Shown piece after piece: positions 9,901 through 18,532 of a DNA stretch of 64,000 nucleotides. The notes under the pieces are model-generated. The model did no database searches. It had not been told where the DNA came from and worked only from the letters and a program-made list of their open reading frames with translations. The stretch comes from an uncultured Verrucomicrobiae bacterium (lineage in GTDB: Bacteria; Verrucomicrobiota; Verrucomicrobiia; Palsa-1439), in the NCBI GenBank assembly GCA_963817685.1, contig CAWFPN010000010.1:2852-66851 (forward strand). The letters run 5' to 3'. A program made the position numbers and the translations under genes. Each line of letters begins with the position of its first letter. The first letter of the stretch is position 1.

Positions 9901-11827
9901 CGCCGCTGGCAAACACGGCAATGAACTCCTGGTTCAGGGGAAATGGACCGGGAACATTGTTGGAATCACCCACGAGCAATGCGTCACGAACGGCTGTGTC
10001 ATAGTTGACGGCTTCAATATTATATTCGCCGCCGTTCTGCCCGGAAACCTCCAACCCGTCGCTCCAACTGTCGTTCTGGATGCGCGCCCCATTCCCGTAA
10101 GCGGACGCGATAAACGAAACTTCATCCGTAATGCAGAAAACACACGTGTCAAGCACGGCATCCAGATTACAAGGAGGGGCAAATTGATCGGCAATCGTGT
10201 GCGCGCTTTGTGAGAAAATACGGGAACTGCCGATGCGGCCGAACGGCGAGACACCCAGCCCGAGGTTGAAGACGCCGGACGTGGACACCACGATGTTCGT
10301 CCCGCCGCCTGTGTCGAAGAAATTCGTGCAGGCCACGGCCGGTGGATCCTGGTTGAGGATGCAAAACTGCTGCGTCGTGATGAGTAAATTCGGGAGAGAA
10401 ATGAAGAACGTCTGGGTGCCCACGCCCGAGCACGCAATGCTGATATTGGTGCAGGGGAGCGTCCCAGGCGGAGGGTTCCAGTTGGAGAAGCAAACATTCG
10501 TGGTCACCTCTCCATTGCCGCCCGTACAGGGGAAGGCATAGCTGAATGTCGTCTTCGGATACGAGTCTTCCGTGCAGGTAACGGTCTGATTGGGGGCGGT
10601 GTAATAGCCGGCGATGATCGAGGCCACGAATGTGCCGTGCCCGCAGAAGTCCTCCCAACCCGCAAAGTTGTTGTTCAATCGCGGACAGCCAAAGGTATCC
10701 CCAAATTGCACGTCTCCGGAGGTGCCGTTGGCCAGGAACAGCGGGTCCGGCTGCAGATAAGCCACGCGCGTGGCATTCCCCCGATTGCCAAACTCGAAGA
10801 AAACGGGATTGGGGAACAGGGGAACGGACGTGTCGAGTCCCGTGTCCGCCACGTCGATAATCGGATAGGCATCCTGGTTGGTGAACGATGACAGACCGCC
10901 GCTGACCACATTGGTCAGGAAGTCCAAATACGTAAGGCCGCCGACCAACGGCGAGTGGCCGGGAAGCTGGTTCGTCTGGCTGGCCAGAATCAAGTCCTGT
11001 TCCTCGTCAAACAGCCGTCTCGATTCGATCTTCTCAATCCAAATGACGTTGGGCAATTGCGCAATGGCCGGAAGGTCGGACGCCTGAACGCTCAACTGCA
11101 AAACCTGTTGGCGCAGCAATTGATACGACCCCGATTGTTGCCCGTGTGAATAGGCTTCCAGCGCGCCGACCGCCTGGGGCACCTCCGGACCGTCAACCAG
11201 CCCCACCCGAATGTCAACGCCGCCCCCGGACTGGACGGCAGAGGCGAGGTCCTTGGAAATCTTGTACGCGGGACGATACGGCCCAATCCATTGGATCGGC
11301 CCCTGGGGGTCGAGTTGTCCACGGAGTTTCTGTTCCGCTGCCGCATCCAGCCAGATAATGTAGGCGTTGTTGGGAACGTAGGAGATGATGGTCACGCCTC
11401 CCACCGCGTTCACCCCCGCCAGCCAGTCGGGCCGCACAGGTCCCCGGAATTGCAACAGACGCAAACGCTTGCCCGTCGTCTCAACCTCCCGCACCGCGCC
11501 CGGGCTCGACGAGTCGCCCACGGTCGTATCGACCGACGCGGCATTCAGCTCGATCCGGTTGAAATAGTCGGCCCGCGCCGCGCGACCGCCAAAGTTCTTG
11601 GCAACATTCTGGATCTGTGCTTCGGTGCCCTGGACCACCCAGTACGAACCGTAGTCGTCGATTTTTTGGATTCCCTGCTGTCGAAGCTGGGCGATCGATT
11701 CACCGGCCTTGGGGTAGATGATGGCTTTATGGTGGTCAGCGGCCCCCTGAGTCTGCCCCTGAACGCCCAAGGGCAACACGAGACCCAAAATACACAGCAT
11801 CCAGAAACATCCTCGCAAGACTCTCAT
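6926..11827 (-). CDS. Large secreted subtilisin-family (S8) serine protease with PPC-like module and three choice-of-anchor-D/ASH-type Ig repeats
   Basis: Catalytic Asp IIDVADTGLD, His CGHGTFVASIIAG, oxyanion Asn QNDSWS, Ser SGTSFAAPAVAGG. Start moved to the internal ATG (complement 11825-11827), giving signal MRVLRGCFWMLCILGLVLPLGVQG. Ig repeats such as LDFGTQQIGTNVSQTITVTNCGSVALSITGV...STCSFNVTFTP. Confidence 0.85.
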   Translation of the reverse strand: MRVLRGCFWMLCILGLVLPLGVQGQTQGAADHHKAIIYPKAGESIAQLRQQGIQKIDDYGSYWVVQGTEAQIQNVAKNFGGRAARADYFNRIELNAASVDTTVGDSSSPGAVREVETTGKRLRLLQFRGPVRPDWLAGVNAVGGVTIISYVPNNAYIIWLDAAAEQKLRGQLDPQGPIQWIGPYRPAYKISKDLASAVQSGGGVDIRVGLVDGPEVPQAVGALEAYSHGQQSGSYQLLRQQVLQLSVQASDLPAIAQLPNVIWIEKIESRRLFDEEQDLILASQTNQLPGHSPLVGGLTYLDFLTNVVSGGLSSFTNQDAYPIIDVADTGLDTSVPLFPNPVFFEFGNRGNATRVAYLQPDPLFLANGTSGDVQFGDTFGCPRLNNNFAGWEDFCGHGTFVASIIAGYYTAPNQTVTCTEDSYPKTTFSYAFPCTGGNGEVTTNVCFSNWNPPPGTLPCTNISIACSGVGTQTFFISLPNLLITTQQFCILNQDPPAVACTNFFDTGGGTNIVVSTSGVFNLGLGVSPFGRIGSSRIFSQSAHTIADQFAPPCNLDAVLDTCVFCITDEVSFIASAYGNGARIQNDSWSDGLEVSGQNGGEYNIEAVNYDTAVRDALLVGDSNNVPGPFPLNQEFIAVFASGGQGASGNVGGFGDIRVTAPATAKNVITVGASDNVRVDGSGCAANSDQADSYQVASFSGVGPTLDGRFKPEIVAPGSSVYGALTGLRLGIKESDCTIEPVSGEQTCNDPNGSSSSFLDPPLGCDSGTSFAAPAVAGGIQLLWWYFQNRLTNELGQALLQPSPAMAKAYLCNSARYLPFQDPTTGTMDTLPSIAQGMGEMDLQRMFDGIPRTIRDESTPRAIDVPLVTTNPAPQQTYFSQSGQSYEVSGFVMSNGLPFRVTLAWTDAPGTPAAQKELVNDLDLEVTVAGQTYKGNWFVGSQSVPGGTFDSVNNMESVFVPNVFVDPVAGTPYKVIVRAANIGGNGVPNIKGTSLGQDFALVIYNSESPTDVPNMATNNACSTALSVTNFPYTFTNILDTSVYANVQPSPSAAQGGSDEFFKLPLPTPGTTFNIDTTGSAFDTVLSVWKVQVLPQTVFVRGECGALIEVASNNGGTSPSFVSFTADGSNDYFIVVEPHNGGTGGPMQLNVNATTTAISLSPSPVVFPNQVAGTTSPAQIVTYLDGTTVNVGISTVVITGTNAADFVIQSQTCQDSTVPPGSNCTISVAFAPTTNGTRTAELEVYDDATGSPRIARLIGVGLPSAPLVCLSSTGLDFGTQQIGTNVSQTITVTNCGSVALSITGVGITGGATNDYATSSVASCSSIAAGSTCSFNVTFTPTAVGSRSTTLLLTNNATFGPLNIPLSGNGMQPTPGICASAAGVGFGNQPVSTVSPEQDITITNCGTASLVISNITVTGPNAGEFIVSNLCNGASLSINGVCTIPVRYAPINATNESASLVISNNSPNNPLIVSLTGTGAGSQPDVSISKSLNLKQFVGRNILSPTNALSKQTVILTGGRGSKHVFYVMFQNLGNNPAYFDLGVVESFSSTNTTARYFLGAKPSESTEVTSMVESQTLTTATLEPGAYTSDPTMLRVEIDIGKKAPKGTNSVVITATTVSEVPTRSDQVQAVVVVK

Positions 11828-11918
11828 CCGTTGGCTCCTCCACGCTTCTCTACATGAATCAATCGGTGCGGCTGGTAAGGGGGAAGGTATCAAAAGACAT
11901 TTTCACATTGCAACCAGA

Positions 11919-14327
11919 ATGTTCGGCATCCCCCGTCCCTCCCATGAATCCCGCAAAGAATTCTTCCTTCCACGCGACCCAGATGGTACACCTTTCAGCG
12001 TGGCGCAGGAGTTTGCAAGCGTTTTCTCAGGTTCGCCTCGCAGACGGTGCCCCGTCCTGTTGTTGACCGGCATCTGTCTGGCATCGCTTTTCATCGGCGC
12101 CACCCGTTCCCCCGCAACCGGCTCCGACAGCGACACCCCTTCCGCCTCCCAATGCGCCAGTGCGGGACGCGCCGCTTTCGACAATGGCCAATTTGACGAG
12201 GCAGTCGCACAATGGCGCACCGCGGCGCGGTTGTGCGAGGCAAATGGCGACGACACCGGCCGGATGGAGGCGTTGATCAACCTCGGCAACGCCTACGAAT
12301 CGCTGGGACAACAAACCCTCGCCGTGTCCGTACTCGAAAAGGCCGTCCATCTGGCGGAATCCTCCGGGGACAACACCCGTCTGGCCCTGGCCAAAAACAG
12401 CCTCGGCGCAGCCGGCACGTCCGCCCGCCAATTCGGTCCCGCCGAGCAGGACCTGCGAGAAAGCCTGGCCATGGCACGCGGCAGTCATGACACAAAGACC
12501 GCCGCGTCGGCCCTGAACAATCTCGGCAACCTGCTGGCCGATCAGGGCAAGACCGCCGACGCGCTGGATGCCTTCCAGGAATCCGCCTCGCTCGCCCAAC
12601 AGACCACCAACGATCTCCTCGCCGCCCGCGCGCTCGGCAACGCCGCCGCCACCGCCCTCCGCGCCGGGCAAACCGCCGATGCGGCGCGGTTGAACGGCGC
12701 CGCGCTCGGTCTGCTCCGCGATTTGCCGCCCTCGCACGATCTGGCGTTTCTCCTGGTCGGCGCCGCACAAACCGATTGGCAGTTGAACCAACACAGTGCC
12801 GAAGCCGCCTGCCGGCAGGCCCTGCTCATTGCCGAAAAAATCAGCGACGAACGCGCGAAAACGTACGCCCTGGGCATGCTCGGCCGGATCTATGAATCGC
12901 AGCACGACTACGACAAGGCCTTGTCAGCCACGCGCCAGGCCGCGTTCATCGCCCAACAAATCCAGGCCCCCGACGCGTTGTACCGCTGGGAATGGCAGAC
13001 GGGCCGCCTGCACAAGGAACAGGGCGACCGCGCCGCCGCCATCGCCGCCTATCGACGCGCCGAGCAATCCCTCCGGTTCATCCGCCATGATCTCGGCTAC
13101 GGTTCCTGCGCCGCCTGCGCGCCCTTCCGCGAAGCGGTCGGCCCGCTGTACCTCGAACTGGCCGACCTGTTGCTCCAGCAGGCCGAGTCGCTGAAGGACG
13201 AACAGGCCCGGCAACAAACGCTGCTCGAAGCCCGCGACACAGTCGAACAATTGAAGTCCGTCGAACTGGAGGATTATTTCGAGGACGAATGCGTCAGCCT
13301 GTTGCGCGCCAAAACCACCCGCATCGAAACCATCAGCCCCACCACGGCCGTCATTTACATTATCACCCTGCCCGACCGCACCGTCCTGCTGGTGGGATTG
13401 ACCTCGGGCCTGACCCAATTCAGCCTGCCCGTCGGCGAAGCGGACCTCACCGCCGAGATCCGCCTGTTCCGCACCCACCTGGAGAAACGGACGACGAACG
13501 AATACCTCGCCGAAGCGCAACAGCTTTACCGCTGGCTCATCACCCCGATCAAGGACACGCTGGCCGCCCACCACATCGACACGCTCGTCTTCGTCCCCGA
13601 TTCCGCCCTGCGCACCATCCCGATGGCCGCGCTGCATGACGGCGACCATTTCCTGATCGAACAATTCGCCGTCGCCGAAACACCCGGCCTGACACTGATG
13701 GCACCGCGGCCCATTTCCCGCGACCACATCCATGCCCTGACCGGCGGCCTGTCCATCGCCACCCAGGGGTTCCCGGCCCTGCCCTACGTCAGCGCGGAAT
13801 TGCAGCAGGTCCACGCGCTGTTTGGCGGCCCGGACCTCGCCAATGCCGACTTCGTCATCCCGAAACTCGAAAAGGATTTTTCCGATGAACAATTTTCCAT
13901 CGTCCACTTCGCCACCCACGGCCAATTCGACCGCAACGCGGGCGACAGTTTCATCCTGACCTACGACGGGAAACTGACGCTCGACCGTCTCGAAGACATG
14001 ATCCGCCCCGGCCAGTACCGCGGCCAGCCGGTGGAACTGCTCACTCTCAGCGCCTGCCAGACCGCCGCCGGCGACGACCGCGCCGCCCTCGGCCTGGCCG
14101 GCGTCGCCGTCAAAGCCGGCGCCCGCAGCGCCCTGGCCACCCTCTGGTTCGTCAACGACGAATCCACCGCCACGCTGATCACCGATTTCTACAAGACCCT
14201 GCGCAACGAAAAAACCTTCTCCAAAGCCAAAGCCCTCCAACAAGCCCAGATCAAGCTGATCGCCGACCCCCGCTACGACCACCCCTGCTACTGGGCCGCC
14301 TTTGTCATGATCGGCAACTGGCTCTAA
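11919..14327 (+). CDS. Secreted TPR-repeat CHAT-domain (caspase-like) protease
   Basis: N-terminal hydrophobic segment RRRCPVLLLTGICLASLFIGA. Multiple TPR-like repeats (ALINLGNAY, ALNNLGNLL). CHAT C-terminus FVPDSALRTIPMAAL, IVHFATHG (His), LLTLSACQTAAG (Cys), YWAAFVMIGNWL. An alternative GTG start lies near 11999. Confidence 0.85.
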   Translation: MFGIPRPSHESRKEFFLPRDPDGTPFSVAQEFASVFSGSPRRRCPVLLLTGICLASLFIGATRSPATGSDSDTPSASQCASAGRAAFDNGQFDEAVAQWRTAARLCEANGDDTGRMEALINLGNAYESLGQQTLAVSVLEKAVHLAESSGDNTRLALAKNSLGAAGTSARQFGPAEQDLRESLAMARGSHDTKTAASALNNLGNLLADQGKTADALDAFQESASLAQQTTNDLLAARALGNAAATALRAGQTADAARLNGAALGLLRDLPPSHDLAFLLVGAAQTDWQLNQHSAEAACRQALLIAEKISDERAKTYALGMLGRIYESQHDYDKALSATRQAAFIAQQIQAPDALYRWEWQTGRLHKEQGDRAAAIAAYRRAEQSLRFIRHDLGYGSCAACAPFREAVGPLYLELADLLLQQAESLKDEQARQQTLLEARDTVEQLKSVELEDYFEDECVSLLRAKTTRIETISPTTAVIYIITLPDRTVLLVGLTSGLTQFSLPVGEADLTAEIRLFRTHLEKRTTNEYLAEAQQLYRWLITPIKDTLAAHHIDTLVFVPDSALRTIPMAALHDGDHFLIEQFAVAETPGLTLMAPRPISRDHIHALTGGLSIATQGFPALPYVSAELQQVHALFGGPDLANADFVIPKLEKDFSDEQFSIVHFATHGQFDRNAGDSFILTYDGKLTLDRLEDMIRPGQYRGQPVELLTLSACQTAAGDDRAALGLAGVAVKAGARSALATLWFVNDESTATLITDFYKTLRNEKTFSKAKALQQAQIKLIADPRYDHPCYWAAFVMIGNWL

Positions 14328-14447
14328 CGGCCGGCTGATCGTTCTGGCTTGAAAATTCCTTCAAAAAAGTTAAACCTATCTTTGTTGGTCAGACGGGAAA
14401 TATGGGACGCTTTCCGCTGACCCTGATAGCCGTATGAATGTCAGAGC

Positions 14448-16520
14448 ATGACGCTTATGAAGCGGGCGTTACAATCGGTCTTCCTCGTTTGCCTCGTCAG
14501 CTTGCTTTGCACCGGCGCCTATGCTGGCCCTTACACTTATACGCTGATCGCCCAGACCGGCGGGGAATTCACCAATCTCGGATCATCCGCGGCGCTGAAT
14601 AATCTCGGCACGGTGGCGTTTTCCGGGGTAACAACCGACGCAGGCGCGGGCATCTATGCGGGCGGCGGTGGCCCGGTGACGGTCATCGCGAACACGAACT
14701 CATTCAGTTTCCCCAGCTTCGGTCCCTTGCCGGGTATTGACGACTACGGATCGGTTGCCTTCGAGGCCAACTACACAAGTTACTGCAATAACGGCTCCGG
14801 GTATAAATTCGGCTACAGCGGGATTTTTACGGGCACCGGCACCAACGACATCCAGGGGGCTTATTCGGGGCAAACCCAGGCGGGCGACTGCGAGGGCGGT
14901 GAGACGTATCCGTACTTCCAGGCATTCGGCAACCCCGTCATCAACAACTCCGGCACCGTTGCTTTCAGTGTGTACGTCAATTGTTGCTCGGGCAGCCCGG
15001 GCCCCTACAACCCCGATCTGGTCGAGGGCAAACTGGGCTACGGAGGCAGCTTGTACCCTTCGACCGGCATCGATGGAATCGGAGCATACGGTGTCCTGAA
15101 CAATGCAGGCCTGGTCGCCTTTTCCGACGGCACCACAGTGTACACCGGCAACGGCGGACCCCTGAATATCATCGGCAGCGGAGTCAGCCCGGCGCTCAAC
15201 GATGCCGGGACCGTGGCATTCCTGACGATGAGCCCGGCGGTCGTGGTCGGTAACGGCGGGCCGCTGACCACCATCGCCGACACCAGCGGCGCGTACAGCA
15301 ACTTCGGTGTCGTGGTCAACACCGGCTCCGGCACGTACATCTCGGGGAACGCCGTATCGATCAATAACTCCGGGTCGGTGGCCTTCCTGGCCAATCTGCG
15401 CTCCGGCGGCAACGGGATTTTCACCGGACCCAATGCCGTAGCCAATCGCGTGATCGCCGCAGGTGACGCCTTGTTTGGCTCGACCGTGTCAAACGTGGCC
15501 TTTAGCGCGAACCAGTTGAGCTTCTATGGGGCGGTGTCATTTTCCGCGGTCCTGGCTGACGGGCGGACGGTGATTGCCCGGGCCGATCCCGCCGCCCTGC
15601 AGCCGCCCGGCCCCGCCGCGCTGAACTTGGTCTCCAACAACGTCCTGCTGAGTTTCCCCACGCTTTCGAACTACCTCTACGAAATCCAGAGCACACCTGA
15701 CCTAGTCTCGGGAGTGTGGAGCACCATTGCCAGCAACCTGCCCGGCGTGGGCGGTGTGCTGACGTACAGCGATCCCATCAGCCAGGTCTCTCAACGGTTT
15801 TATCGGGCCGCAACCACAGGAGTGCATGTGCGCGTCCCGATTTTCGATAATACCGCCGACGCGCAGTACTCCAACGGCTGGTTCAGCAGCGAAAATGGCG
15901 GGACCGGCTTCGGAAGCTGGACGCTCCAACCGCCCTCTGTGGTCGGAAACACCAATGACGGCTACTTCCTTGGGTCATCAACGAACAACGCCTTCGGCGC
16001 CCCGCCGGGAATCGATGTGAAGGGAATTTCGTGGGGGATGTATGCCAACGGCAGCAACTACGCGACCGCCTTCCGCGGCTTTTCCTCGTTGACCATCGGC
16101 AGCACTTTCAAAGTCGACATGGACAATGGGTTCATCGACTCGGGCAATTCCGACGGCTTCGTGCTGCGCAACGGCAATGCCAACGGCAGCTATTCCAACT
16201 ACAACACGAACGCCCGTTTCGAATTCCTCTTCCTGGGCGGCGGAGACAGTTACGCCGTCGTCGATGCCGGCGGCTACAATCCCATCGGAGTGCCGTTCAC
16301 AGGCACCGGCCTGCACCTGGTCTTCACGCTCGGCACCAACGATACCTACACGTTCCAGGTCATCGACAATGCCACCGGCAACACCGACACCAATATCACC
16401 GGCACCCTCAGCGGCGCCCCCGCTAGCACCATTGACAGCATCGCCCTCTACAACCGCAACGCCGGCGCCGGCCCGCTCAACGACGCCTTCTTCAATTCCC
16501 TGCAGATCATCGGGCCATGA
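14448..16520 (+). CDS. Secreted NxxGxxAF tandem-repeat protein with RFYR-type beta-sandwich and a ~225-aa C-terminal domain of unknown function
   Basis: Signal peptide MKRALQSVFLVCLVSLLCTGAYA. Six NxxGxxAF repeats (NNLGTVAF, DDYGSVAF, NNSGTVAF, NNAGLVAF, NDAGTVAF, NNSGSVAF). VWSTIASNLPG...QRFYRA. The C-terminal domain is shared with the next gene. Confidence 0.8.
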   Translation: MTLMKRALQSVFLVCLVSLLCTGAYAGPYTYTLIAQTGGEFTNLGSSAALNNLGTVAFSGVTTDAGAGIYAGGGGPVTVIANTNSFSFPSFGPLPGIDDYGSVAFEANYTSYCNNGSGYKFGYSGIFTGTGTNDIQGAYSGQTQAGDCEGGETYPYFQAFGNPVINNSGTVAFSVYVNCCSGSPGPYNPDLVEGKLGYGGSLYPSTGIDGIGAYGVLNNAGLVAFSDGTTVYTGNGGPLNIIGSGVSPALNDAGTVAFLTMSPAVVVGNGGPLTTIADTSGAYSNFGVVVNTGSGTYISGNAVSINNSGSVAFLANLRSGGNGIFTGPNAVANRVIAAGDALFGSTVSNVAFSANQLSFYGAVSFSAVLADGRTVIARADPAALQPPGPAALNLVSNNVLLSFPTLSNYLYEIQSTPDLVSGVWSTIASNLPGVGGVLTYSDPISQVSQRFYRAATTGVHVRVPIFDNTADAQYSNGWFSSENGGTGFGSWTLQPPSVVGNTNDGYFLGSSTNNAFGAPPGIDVKGISWGMYANGSNYATAFRGFSSLTIGSTFKVDMDNGFIDSGNSDGFVLRNGNANGSYSNYNTNARFEFLFLGGGDSYAVVDAGGYNPIGVPFTGTGLHLVFTLGTNDTYTFQVIDNATGNTDTNITGTLSGAPASTIDSIALYNRNAGAGPLNDAFFNSLQIIGP

Positions 16521-18073
16521 ACACTAAAACTGCATTGAGGAGCAACCCAGCCACGCGTTTCATCCCGCTTTTCACGCTTTTCGGGATCCTTTGGTTTTCA
16601 ACCCAGCCGGTGACAACCAGCGCGCAACTCATTCCAGTAAGCCAGTGGCGTGAAGTGTACGCCGAGGTCTGCAATACTTCTACGGGTGGATATCTCAATC
16701 TCAACATTTCGAGCGGTCTTGGGCTGTTTAACCAAACCGTAGATGTCGCGGGCGACGCCGAATACCCTTGTGGAGATATCAACCAGAATGCACGAGCGAC
16801 GCAGTTATCGTGGATTACCCCGTCGAGCATTTTTGCGACGGGGAACCAATGGGAAACATACGGGAACGGCTTCTCCACGTTCAACGCGACCTGCGATGTC
16901 GCGGTTGCCTGCTATTATAGCCTGACGGGATCCGTCTCCAATCCGGAAGGCTTCGTGGAACTCGATGGTCCAACCAACGTGATCGGCATTGTGTCCAACG
17001 GCGTCTTTGCCTTTTCCGGAGTAATGACGCCCGGCCTCTACGCGATTAGCGCCGGGGTGACTGGCCAGAACTTCGAAAATGGGACCTTTAGTTTCGACCT
17101 GGAATTTCCTCCGGCACCTCCTCCGCGGATCAGTTCCGTGACCGTGCAAGGCAACGACGTGCTGCTGCAGTGGGCGGCGCCTCCGGGGACCAATCTGGTG
17201 CAGGCATCCAACGGCGCGGCCAATGGCGGTTACTCCAACAACTTCGTCACCATCAGCCCGCCCATCATCATTCCCGGCATCAACCTTCCGGTGGCCACCA
17301 ACTACCTCGACGCCGGCGGCGCGACGAATTTCCCGGCCCGCTACTATCGCATCGCTTCCAGCACCCCGCCGGTGCCCAAGCCAACGCTGGCCGGCGACAA
17401 TGCGGCGGATCCGGGCTACACCAACGGCTGGACCACCGGCAGCTTCGGCGGCAGCGGGTTCAGTGTCTGGACGTTGACGGCCAGCGGCGTGATTGGCAGC
17501 GGCAGCAACGGCTTCTTCATCGGCTCGTCGGCGAACAACGCGTTCCAAACATCGCCGGGCATCGATACCAACGGCGTCTCCTGGGGCCTGTATGCCAATA
17601 ACAACAATTTCACCGCGGCCTATCGGCAGTTCGCTACGTCACTCCCCGTCGGCGGCGCGTTCCAGGTCGCCATGGACACGGGGTTCATCGACCCCGGCAA
17701 TGCGGACGGGTTCGTCCTGCGCAACAGCAACGCCAACGGCAGCTACACCAACTTCAACACCGGCGCCCGGTTCGAGTTCCTGTTCCTGGGCGGCCAGAAC
17801 AGTTACGCCGTCGTCGACGCCAGCGGCTACAATCCCGTCGGAGTGCCCTTCACCGGCACAGGCTTGCAGCTCGTCTTCACCCTGGGCACGAACGACACCT
17901 ACAACCTGGCCGTGATCGACAATGCCACCGGCAATACCGACACCAATATCACCGGCACCCTCAGCGGCACCCCGGGCAGCACCATCGACAGCATCGCCCT
18001 CTACAACCGCAACGCCGGCTCCGGCTCGCTCAACGACGCCTTCTTCAATTCCCTGCAAATCATCGGCCCCTGA
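16517..18073 (+). CDS. Secreted protein, paralogous C-terminal ~226-aa domain (unknown function)
   Basis: The ATG overlaps the upstream stop (ATGA). Signal-like RFIPLFTLFGILWFSTQPVTTSA. ARYYRIA beta-sandwich. The C-terminal 226 aa are about 75-80% identical to residues 466-690 of the upstream protein, and both end NDAFFNSLQIIGP. Confidence 0.8.
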   Translation: MNTKTALRSNPATRFIPLFTLFGILWFSTQPVTTSAQLIPVSQWREVYAEVCNTSTGGYLNLNISSGLGLFNQTVDVAGDAEYPCGDINQNARATQLSWITPSSIFATGNQWETYGNGFSTFNATCDVAVACYYSLTGSVSNPEGFVELDGPTNVIGIVSNGVFAFSGVMTPGLYAISAGVTGQNFENGTFSFDLEFPPAPPPRISSVTVQGNDVLLQWAAPPGTNLVQASNGAANGGYSNNFVTISPPIIIPGINLPVATNYLDAGGATNFPARYYRIASSTPPVPKPTLAGDNAADPGYTNGWTTGSFGGSGFSVWTLTASGVIGSGSNGFFIGSSANNAFQTSPGIDTNGVSWGLYANNNNFTAAYRQFATSLPVGGAFQVAMDTGFIDPGNADGFVLRNSNANGSYTNFNTGARFEFLFLGGQNSYAVVDASGYNPVGVPFTGTGLQLVFTLGTNDTYNLAVIDNATGNTDTNITGTLSGTPGSTIDSIALYNRNAGSGSLNDAFFNSLQIIGP

Positions 18074-18280
18074 ATATTCGCTGGCGCAGACGGCAAACAT
18101 GTGCGATGGTAGCGCCGGTATGATATATGCAATTGGCATACGTCAGGCGGCCGCCAGCGCCGTCACCGCAGTTGTGTGCCCCGGAAGGCGCAGACTCCGC
18201 AGGCCCCGCCTGCCAGGCGCGCCTACAGCGCTTCGTGACCTTCGCGCCTTCGTGGTGAAACTCCGATGCCCGGACAGCGG

Positions 18281-18340
18281 AAACGTCCAACCTAGTCCAA
18301 CCCAGTCAAACCTAGTCAAACCTAGTCCAACCTTAAATCC
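18281..18340. repeat. Helically phased 10-bp tandem repeat (4 good units plus 2 degenerate flanking units)
   Basis: aaacgtccaa|cctagtccaa|cccagtcaaa|cctagtcaaa|cctagtccaa|ccttaaatcc, in exact 10-bp register in the 459-bp intergenic region upstream of DUF928. Confidence 0.8.
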
Positions 18341-18453
18341 TCGAGACGGGCAGCCCATCCGCGTAATCCGTGGATATTCTAATCCGGCCCAATACGACCT
18401 AATACGGCCTTAATCATTTTTGAGAATAAGGGCGGCGGACCCGCTGAAAACAA

Positions 18454-18482
18454 TTGCAGAAAGCCGGCACCCGGTATATTAT
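18454..18482 (+). promoter_or_regulatory. Candidate sigma-70 promoter for the DUF928 gene
   Basis: TTGCAG, then a 17-nt spacer, then TATTAT. It lies ~50 bp upstream of the ATG at 18533, which is preceded by AGGAGA at 6-nt spacing. Confidence 0.35.
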
Positions 18483-18532
18483 ATATGGAGCATGGACTAG
18501 GGTAGCCATTGCAAATGAATAGGAGAATTGTC

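Noticed and set aside
12924-14282. Long antisense ORFs opposite real genes, for example 12924..14282(-), 12027..12905(-), 8417..9733(+), 6293..7528(+), 19936..21234(+), 22649..23704(+), 45607..46245(-), 46753..47655(-), 53028..54146(-), 55833..57104(-), 57108..58523(-), 51315..52415(-)
   Set aside because: Each lies opposite a gene with strong family motifs and has Arg/Gly/Val/His-rich, motif-free translations. This is the expected high-GC shadow ORF pattern.
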